A stretch of 64,000 nucleotides of DNA, taken from an uncultured Gemmatimonadales bacterium (GTDB lineage Bacteria > Gemmatimonadota > Gemmatimonadetes > Gemmatimonadales > Gemmatimonadaceae). Below, piece by piece: positions 56,741 to 64,000 of the stretch; the first letter of the stretch is position 1; every line of letters begins with the position of its first letter. The DNA is taken from contig CAWKMU010000003.1 of NCBI GenBank assembly GCA_963850905.1, positions 3,360,001 through 3,424,000 on the forward strand, read 5' to 3'. Made by a program: the position numbers and the translations under genes. The notes under the pieces were generated by a model. The model saw only the letters and a program-made list of their open reading frames with translations, was not told where the DNA came from and did no database searches.

Positions 56741-58074
56741 TCATGCGGCCGCCGACGCCAAGGTGGCAGCCGCCGACCGGAACGGGCATCGCTGCTGCGA
56801 GATGTGCGCTTCGAACTCGTCCCGGAATTTCTGGATCCCGGATACCACCGGCACGGCGCACGAATCGCTCAGCACACAGATCGTCTTCGCCGTCATGTTG
56901 TCAGCGATCGACAAGAGCGTATCGAGGTCCTCGCGACTGCCCTGCCCGGACTCGATGCGCTCCAGGATCTTGGTCGTCCACGCCGTCCCCTCCCGACACT
57001 GCGTGCACTGCGCACAGCTCTCATGCGCAAAGAACCGCGCGAGTCGGCCGATCTGCTTTACCATGCATTGCGAGTCGTCGATGCAGATGACTCCACCCGA
57101 TCCGAGCATGGTGCCGCCTGCGACGAAGCCCTCGTAATCCATCACCGTCGACTCGGCCTCGGCCATCGTCTGGATCGGCACCGACGCGCCACCCGGGATG
57201 ATCGCCTTGAACTCGCGACCCGGCGGTGGCCCGCCGCAAAGATCGTAGAGGAAGTCCTTGAATGGAAATCCCATGACGACCTCGTAGTTGCCCGGTCGGC
57301 GGACGTTGCCACAGACGGAGTACAGCTTGGTGCCGGTGCTCTTCGGGTTGCCGAGCGACATGGCCTTGTACCACTCCGGCGCCATTCGTCAGAATCAGCG
57401 GCACGACGGCGAGGGTCTCGACATTGTTGATCGTGGTGGGCATGCCGAAGACGCCCGACACCGCGGGAAAGGGCGGCTTGATGCGCGGATTGCCACGGCG
57501 CCCCTCCAGCGAGTTCATGAGCGCCGTCTCTTCGCCGCAGATGTACGCGCCGGCACCCTTGTGCACATAGACGTCGACGCGTTTCCCCGACCCCAGCGCG
57601 TTCTTGCCGATGACCCCCTCCGCGTAGGCCTCCCGCACGGCCTCGGTCATCCGCTGCAACGGCTCCGTGAACTCGCCCACGGATGTAGATGTAGGCCGTC
57701 TCTGCACCGATCGCGTAGGCGCCGATCGCGCATCCCTCGACGAGCGCATGCGGCGTCCACCGCATGATCTCGCGATCCTTGAAGGTTCCGGGCTCGGACT
57801 CGTCCGCGTTGCAACACAGATAATGCGGCTTCCCGTCCCCGATCTTCATGAACGACCACTTGAGACCCGTGGGGAATCCGGCGCCGCCGCGGCCGCGCAG
57901 ACCCGACTCCTTGACGGCGGCGACGATGGCCGCCGGTTCCATGGCGAGCGCTTGCTCGAGTGCGCGATACCCGCCTCGTTGGCGCCACCCGGCGAGCGAG
58001 ACCGCGTCTGAGTCACCGAAGTGCTTCGAGAGAATCGGCGTCTCGCGCGGATGCGATTTGTGCGGAAAACCCAT
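56741..58074 (-). CDS. nuoF: NADH-quinone oxidoreductase subunit F; apparent frameshifts
   Basis: [48 protein letters not shown]. Confidence 0.93.
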
Positions 58075-58101
58075 GAGCGTGTCAGTTCCTCTCGGCCGGC
58101 A

Positions 58102-58665
58102 TTACTTGAGCGACCCCACGATCTCCGGGACGCGGTCGGCAGTCACCGATTCGATAACGTCGTCGTTGACCATGACGGGCGTCGCGAATCCGCAAGCGCC
58201 CAGGCATTCCACTTCGATGACCGTGAATCGCCCATCCGGCGATGTCAGCCCCAGCTCCTGTGCGCCCGTGTGCTTGAGAAACGCGCGCACCACATCCTCG
58301 GCCCCACACACGTTACACGGGGACGTCGTGCACACCTGGACGAAGTACGTGCCAACCGGATGCTGGTGGTACATCGTGTAGAACGTCACCACACCTTTGA
58401 CGTACGCCGGCGTGAGATCGAGAACGGCGGCTACTTCCGCCATGGCGGCTTCGCTCACCCAGCCGCGCTCCCGCTGCACGATCCAGAACGCGGGGAGGAG
58501 CGCCGCCATCTTGGTCGGATAATGGGCGAGCAGCTCGTCGAGCTCGGACCGGCACGCGCCGACGAAGACCGGTTCGTAGTCCCCGGCGTGGTGCGCGTCG
58601 GCACGCGGCGCGCGCGCCAACCCGGTGAGCGTCGACGCGCCCGGTCCACCAGCAGCCGCGCTCAC
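58102..58665 (-). CDS. nuoE: NADH-quinone oxidoreductase subunit E
   Basis: VTFYTMY, VCTTSPC, ECLGAC. Confidence 0.92.
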   Translation of the reverse strand: MSAAAGGPGASTLTGLARAPRADAHHAGDYEPVFVGACRSELDELLAHYPTKMAALLPAFWIVQRERGWVSEAAMAEVAAVLDLTPAYVKGVVTFYTMYHQHPVGTYFVQVCTTSPCNVCGAEDVVRAFLKHTGAQELGLTSPDGRFTVIEVECLGACGFATPVMVNDDVIESVTADRVPEIVGSLK

Positions 58666-59974
58666 CGGTCGATCTCTCCCATGACGATGTCGATGCTCGC
58701 GTTGATGGCGATGACGTCGGACAACAGATGGCCTTCCACGAGCTTCGGGATCGCCGACAGGTTGACGAATGACGGGGGCCGAATGCGCCACCGCACGGGC
58801 TTGGCGGTCCCGTCGGATACCATATAGTAGCCCTTCTCGCCCGCGGGCTCTCCACCGCCACATACGCCTCGCCGATCGGCGGCCGCGGGCCTTCCATGAC
58901 CTGCTTGAAGTGGTGGATCATCGACTCCATTTCACTCGTCGCTTTCGACTTGGCCGGCAGGATCACGCGGGGGTCGTCGACATTGACGGGTCCATCGGGG
59001 AGCCGCGCCATCGCCTGCGCCAGAATACGTGTCGATTGTCGTAGCTCTTCCATGCGCACGAGATATCGGTCGTACACGTCGCCGTGGGTTCCGACCGGGA
59101 CGTCGAAGTCGTAGGTCTCGTAGTCGAGGTACGGGAAGTCCTTCCGTACATCGTACGCGACGCCCGACGCACGGAGCATCGCACCCGACAAGCCGTAGTT
59201 CTCGCGCCTCTGCCGCCGAAATGGCCCCGAGGCCGACCGTCCGTCCCACCCAAATCCCGTTTCGGGTGAGCATCCGCTCGACTTCGTCGATCGTGTGCGG
59301 AAACCGCTCGATGAAGCCGCTGGAGCAGATCGAGCCACCCGCGCGGGATGTCCGCCGCCATGCCGCCGACCCGGGTCGCCGACGTCGTGAGACGGGCACC
59401 GACCCAGTTCTCCAGCATGCGGTAGATGTTCTCGCGCTCCTGGAACGTCCACAGGAACGGCGTGAAGGCGCCGATGTCGATGCAGGTGGTGCCCAGCCAC
59501 ACCAGGTGCGACGCGATCCGCGAAAGCTCCATCGCGATGACCCGAAGCACAGTGCAGCGCGCGCGTGGGCTCGATCCCGAACAGGCGTTCCGCGCCCAGG
59601 ACGAACGCCACGTTGTTGCCCATGGAGTTGAGATAGTCCTCGCGGTCCGTCCACGGGATGATCTGGTTGTACTGACGGTACTCCCCGATCTTCTCGAACC
59701 CGCAATGCAGATAGCCGACGTGCGGAATGCAACGGACGACAGTCTCGCCGTCGAGCTCGAGCACGAGCCGCAACACGCCATGAGTCGCCGGGTGCTGTGG
59801 CCCGATGTTGATCAGCATGTGATCGCTTTCGAGGTCCGGCTCAATGGATGGCGGCGTGCCGACGGTTACCGCGTTGCCTGCGCTGTCCACGGCGATCGGC
59901 ACCCGTTGGGGCCGACCTTGGGCATCGAGTCCAGTCGTCGAGACGGCGACATCGACGGTACGACGAGCAGTCAT
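58662..59974 (-). CDS. nuoD: NADH-quinone oxidoreductase subunit D; multiple apparent frameshifts
   Basis: [51 protein letters not shown] end. Confidence 0.92.
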
Positions 59975-59983
59975 AGCGGCTGC

Positions 59984-60712
59984 CTACTCCCCGGTCTGTT
60001 CACCGGATCGCGATGCGGGCTTGCATGTCCGGGCGGCAGGTCTTCGAAGGCATCGGCAATCGACAGCTCCTCCATCGAGTACCGCGCTTCCGGATTGGCG
60101 GCCAGCGCCTGGCGGAGCTGCTCCGCGCGACTGAAGCGGCCGCGCAGCGGAAAGTCCTTTCGGAGCGGGAAGCCTTCCCGGTATTGCTCCCACATCAGGA
60201 TGCGGCGCAGGTCGGGGTGCCCCGCGGAAGCGAATGCCGAACATGTCGTAGCACTCGCGCTCGAGCCAATCGGCTCCGTTGTAGACGGACACCAGCGCTG
60301 TCGACTTCCAGCGGCTCGCCCTTCGCGCAGCTCGACCTTGAGGCGCAGGAATCGACGGTACGGCAATGAGCGGAGATGCCAGACGACCGTCGAACGGCTC
60401 CTCGGGGTCGCGGAACTCGACCGCCGTCACGTCCGACCAGATAGCCGTACTGCTGGCTCGGATCATCGTGCAGCCAGCGCACGATCTCGACGCAGACGGT
60501 CGCGAGCCACGATCGCTGTCGTCTCGCCCCACACGACGGCACTGCGCCGGATCGCATCGCCGAAACGCGTGCGCAGCGCAGCGGACGGAGGGATTCTCCG
60601 CGCCGCCGCGGTGGGCGACGTTCTTGGGCGAGACCGGTGCCGGTGCCGACGGGCTGGCACTGCCCGGGTACACGATGCCTGTCGAACCCGGTGCGTCGAG
60701 CGAAGGGCTCAC
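59984..60712 (-). CDS. nuoC: NADH-quinone oxidoreductase subunit C; apparent frameshifts
   Basis: [35 protein letters not shown]. Confidence 0.9.
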   Translation of the reverse strand: MSPSLDAPGSTGIVYPGSASPSAPAPVSPKNVAHRGGAENPSVRCAAHAFRRCDPAQCRRVGRDDSDRGSRPSASRSCAGCTMIRASSTAIWSDVTAVEFRDPEEPFDGRLASPLIAVPSIPAPQGRAARRASRWKSTALVSVYNGADWLERECYDMFGIRFRGAPRPAPHPDVGAIPGRLPAPKGLSAARPLQSRGAAPPGAGRQSGSAVLDGGAVDCRCLRRPAARTCKPASRSGEQTGE

Positions 60713-61378
60713 ACGCCGGACCGCGTCTGGTTGACCGAGTTGCCGAAGGGCTCCGAGAGCTCGTCGATCGCAGGCGGCGGGATGTAGAGCTGGCTCGACG
60801 GATCGGGCTGCATCTCACGCGCGCAGGCGATCGGTGTCGGACATCCGCTCGCGCATCACCTTCTCCTGCAGCATCCGGATGCCGTAGAGGAGACCTTCGG
60901 GGCGCGGCGGACACCCGGGCACGTAGACGTCGACCGGAATGATCGTGTCGATGCCCTGCACCACGGCGTAGTTGTCGAACATGCCGCCGGAGGAGGCGCA
61001 CGCGCCCATCGAGATGCACCATTTCGGCTGGGGCATTTGCTGCCAGATGCGCCGGATGATCGGGTGCCAGCTTGAACGGGACCCGTCCTGCGCAGATGAG
61101 CACATCGGCCTGCCGCGGCGAGAAGCTCATGCGCTCCATGCCGAACCGCGCGAGGTCGAACTTGCTGGCCGCCGTCGCCATGAACTCGATCGCGCAGCAG
61201 GCTGTGCCGAACGGCATGGGCCACAGGGAGTTAGCGCGTCCCCAGTTGACGAGGAAGTCGAGCTTGGTCGCGACCCAGCCTTCCTGCGACTGTGGCTGGT
61301 AGGCGACACGTGTCAGCCTCGGGCTCCGGTGTCGGACGTCGAGCCTGGGCCGCCGGGCCGTGCGGGAATCAATCCCAT
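60709..61378 (-). CDS. nuoB: NADH-quinone oxidoreductase subunit B; apparent frameshifts
   Basis: [42 protein letters not shown]. Confidence 0.93.
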
Positions 61379-61774
61379 TGCAACGCTCCCTTCTTCCAGA
61401 CATAGACGAAGCCGGCGAAGCAGGATCGCGATGAACACGAGCATCTCGCCGAACCCGAACCACGAGATCTGCCCCGCGGGACACGCGCCGTCGGCGAGCG
61501 GCACGCCGCACGAGAGCTGCCGGTAGGCGACACCCCACGGGATCATGAACACGGTCTCGATGTCGAAGACGATGAACAGCATCGCCACCATGTAGAACTT
61601 GACCGAGAACCGCTCACGGGCGTCGCCCAGCGGCGGCATGCCAGACTCGTAGGGAGACTGCTTCTCCGGCGTCAGCCGCGGGCGGAGCTTCAGGTGCGAC
61701 AGCCCGATGATCATCACCGCGTTTGCGACGACGAACCCGAGCAGCAGCAGCACCGGAAAGTATGAGCTCGCCAT
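61369..61774 (-). CDS. nuoA: NADH-quinone oxidoreductase subunit A; apparent frameshift near 61418
   Basis: [20 protein letters not shown], restored end [11 protein letters not shown]. Confidence 0.92.
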
Positions 61775-61797
61775 GGTCGGCGGGGGTCCTCCGCGGT

Positions 61798-61815
61798 TCG
61801 TGAAAATTTTCACTA
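61798..61815. promoter_or_regulatory. Rex-like operator upstream of nuoA
   Basis: TCGTGAAAATTTTCACTA versus the Rex consensus TTGTGAA-N4-TTCACAA; perfect 14-bp palindromic core. Confidence 0.7.
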
Positions 61816-61828
61816 GCTCAGCCGAGGG

Positions 61829-61857
61829 AACTTACCGATCGGACGAATTGAATTCAA
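61829..61857 (-). promoter_or_regulatory. sigma70-type promoter of the nuo operon
   Basis: Minus strand TTGAAT-N17-TAAGTT, just upstream of the operator. Confidence 0.6.
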
Positions 61858-62045
61858 CATAGCGGGAGGTGGTGAGTCCCGCGGCGCACGACGCGCGCGC
61901 CGTGCCGCGCGGGTCGGCAGGCTTGACGCCCCCGCCAACTTGCCGCGGACGCCGTTCCGCCCGATTTCGGTCACGCTCCCTCGTCATCGCGGTCGGCCGG
62001 CAACACGCTGTTATTCACCTCGCCAACCGGATACATTCGCCGGCC

Positions 62046-62601
62046 ATGGGTATCCAATCGGACCGCTGGATCACGCGCATGGCCCTCGAGAAGCAGATGA
62101 TCGAGCCCTTCGAGGGGCGCCAAATGCGCGAAGGCGTCATCTCGTATGGCGTCAGCTCGTACGGCTACGACATGCGCGTGGCGCGTGAGTTCAAGATCTT
62201 CACCAATGTGCTGAACTCGATCGTCGACCCCAAGAACTTCGACCCCCGGTCCTTCGTCGAGTTCGAGGGTGACGTCTGCATCGTCCCGCCCAACTCGTTC
62301 GCCCTGGCGCGCTCCGTCGAGTATTTCCGCATTCCCCGTGACGTCGTCACGATCTGCGTCGGAAAATCCACGTACGCGCGTTGTGGTGTCATCACAAATG
62401 TGACGCCCTTCGAACCGGAGTGGGAGGGCTTTGTCACGCTCGAGATCTCGAACACGACGCCCCTGCCGGCCAAGATCTACGCGAACGAAGGGATCGCGCA
62501 GGTCCTGTTCTTCAAGGGCGATGAGCCGCCGCGAAATCTCCTATGCCGACAAGAAAGGGAAATACCAGGGCCAGAAGGGCGTGACGCTGCCGAAACTGTA
62601 G
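62046..62601 (+). CDS. dcd: dCTP deaminase; apparent frameshift near 62530
   Basis: [37 protein letters not shown]; restored end [20 protein letters not shown]. Confidence 0.93.
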
Positions 62602-62643
62602 GGCGCCACCCAAACCGAACCACCCGCACGGAGGCCACTCGTG

Positions 62644-62823
62644 CGGCGGGTAGGGGCGACGCAATGCGTCGCCCGCTCGTGGACCGAAACGTCTCCGGGT
62701 GATCGCTATTGGGCGGCGATGCAGGGCGACGCAATGCGTCGCCCGCTTGTGGACCGGAACGTCTCCGGGTGATCGGTACGGGCGGCGATGCAGGACGACG
62801 CATTGCGTCGCCCCTACCCGCCG
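62644..62823. repeat. REP cluster (BIME/REPIN-like): 28-bp perfect terminal inverted repeats enclosing about 70-bp direct repeats
   Basis: CGGCGGGTAGGGGCGACGCAATGCGTCG (62644-62671) is the exact reverse complement of 62796-62823; three REP cores with near-identical linkers. Confidence 0.88.
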
Positions 62824-62851
62824 GATATCCGGTCCCGGTTACGCCCTCACG

Positions 62852-63628
62852 CTACGCGGTCGGCCCGACGGTTTCCCGCTCGAAGCTCCCGCGGATCGCG
62901 GCCCGCAGGTAGTCCGCGTTCATCCGAGCGATCGTATCGATGCTGATGAGCTTCGGACACGCCTCCTGACACTCGCCAAACAGCGTGCACGACCCAAAGT
63001 GCTCGGCATCCACCTGCGCGACCATCCGCACGACGCGACGCAGACGCTCCGGCTGCCCCTGCGGAAGCTCGCTCAGATGCGTGATCTTGGCCGCGGTGAA
63101 CAGGGAGGCCGATCCGTTGGGACACGCGGCGACACAGGCGCCGCACCCGATGCACGCCGCCGCGTCCATCGCTGCCTCGGCCGCGTCCTTCGGCACGAGG
63201 ATCTCGTTCGCATCGCGGGCGCCGCCTGTCGGCGCCGTGATGAAACCACCGGCCTGGATGATCCGGTCGAACGCCGACCGATCGACCACGAGATCCTTGA
63301 TCACCGGAAACGCGACCGATCGCCACGGCTCGACCGTGACCGTCGCGCCATCCGAGAAACTGCGCATGTGCACCTGACAGGTGGCGGCGCCGCGGACCGG
63401 CCCATGCGCGACGCCGTCGATCATCATGCCGCACGACCCGCAGATCCCCTCGCGGCAGTCGTGGCTGAAGGCGATCGGGTCTTCCATCCGCTCGCTCAGC
63501 CGTTCATTCACGACGTCCAGCATCTCGAGGAACGACGCGTCCGGGTTGATGTCGGGCGCCGCATACTCCACGAGCTGCCCCGGCCCACTGGCGCTGGCTT
63601 GACGCCACACTCGCAGCGTGATGTTCAT
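62852..63628 (-). CDS. sdhB: Succinate dehydrogenase/fumarate reductase iron-sulfur subunit
   Basis: [34 protein letters not shown]. Confidence 0.93.
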   Translation of the reverse strand: MNITLRVWRQASASGPGQLVEYAAPDINPDASFLEMLDVVNERLSERMEDPIAFSHDCREGICGSCGMMIDGVAHGPVRGAATCQVHMRSFSDGATVTVEPWRSVAFPVIKDLVVDRSAFDRIIQAGGFITAPTGGARDANEILVPKDAAEAAMDAAACIGCGACVAACPNGSASLFTAAKITHLSELPQGQPERLRRVVRMVAQVDAEHFGSCTLFGECQEACPKLISIDTIARMNADYLRAAIRGSFERETVGPTA

Positions 63629-63632
63629 GGCG

Positions 63633-64000
63633 TCACTTGTAGCTACGCTGGCTCAGGTGAACCGCCTCGAATTCCAGCGGCTCGCGGTGCAGCAGCGGCG
63701 CCTTGCCATCGCCGGCGTACTCCCACGCTGCGACATAGGCGAAGTGCTCGTCGTCACGCAGCGCCTCCCCGTCGCTCGTCTGGCTCTCCTCGCGGAAGTG
63801 TGCCCCGCACGACTCGGTGCGATGCAGCGCGTCGGTACAGCAGAGCTCCGCCAGCTCGAGGAAGTCCGCAACGCGCCCCGCCTTCTCCAGCGATTGGTTC
63901 AGTGCTTCTCCGGTCCCGGGCACGCTGACGTTCCGCCAGAACTCGGAGCGGAGCGCCGTGATCTCACTCAGCGCTTCACGAAGCCCGTGGTCATTGCGCG
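63633..64000 (-). CDS. sdhA: Succinate dehydrogenase/fumarate reductase flavoprotein subunit (3' end, partial)
   Basis: [33 protein letters not shown]; directly upstream of sdhB. Confidence 0.9.
   Translation of the reverse strand, partial: RNDHGLREALSEITALRSEFWRNVSVPGTGEALNQSLEKAGRVADFLELAELCCTDALHRTESCGAHFREESQTSDGEALRDDEHFAYVAAWEYAGDGKAPLLHREPLEFEAVHLSQRSYK

Noticed and set aside
46754..61774. Pseudogenised complex I or programmed frameshifting in nuo genes
   Set aside because: Indels are scattered across unrelated conserved genes with motifs intact and no consistent slippery sites; sequencing error is far more likely.
62654..62823. Possible mini-CRISPR array (palindromic repeat with about 70-bp period)
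   Set aside because: The spacers are near-identical, the last repeat is inverted, and no cas genes are present; it fits a REP cluster.

Overview
High-GC bacterial chromosomal segment; gene content and protein style suggest Gemmatimonadota (inference). A clear 28-bp dif-type XerC/XerD site lies at 5185-5212, and most genes on both sides point towards it, so the window probably spans the replication terminus. 1-8100 is an accessory region: S41 peptidase, Ig-like lipoprotein, beta-propeller, Tat-Rieske protein, an orphan tandem-HTH protein beside dif, a structured RNA/terminator, a HAD hydrolase behind a sigma54-like promoter, and two paralogous PspB-like membrane proteins behind an ECF-like promoter. 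8100-18900 holds dapF and a surface glycosylation locus. 18900-61800 is an uninterrupted minus-strand core run: rpoN, lptB/A/C, kdsD/C/A, pyrG, kdsB, trpG, xerD, ispF, mqnC/A/E, acpP, fabG/D, plsX, rpmF, yceD, ndk, an EIIA-CBS fusion, sucD/C, UPF0182, pmm/pgm and nuoN-A with a Rex-like operator. The window ends with dcd, a REP/BIME-like cluster and sdhB/sdhA. Many conserved genes right of about 30 kb carry single-base frameshifts that look like long-read or assembly errors; their coordinates are reconstructed. No rRNA, tRNA, CRISPR array or transposase was recognised.
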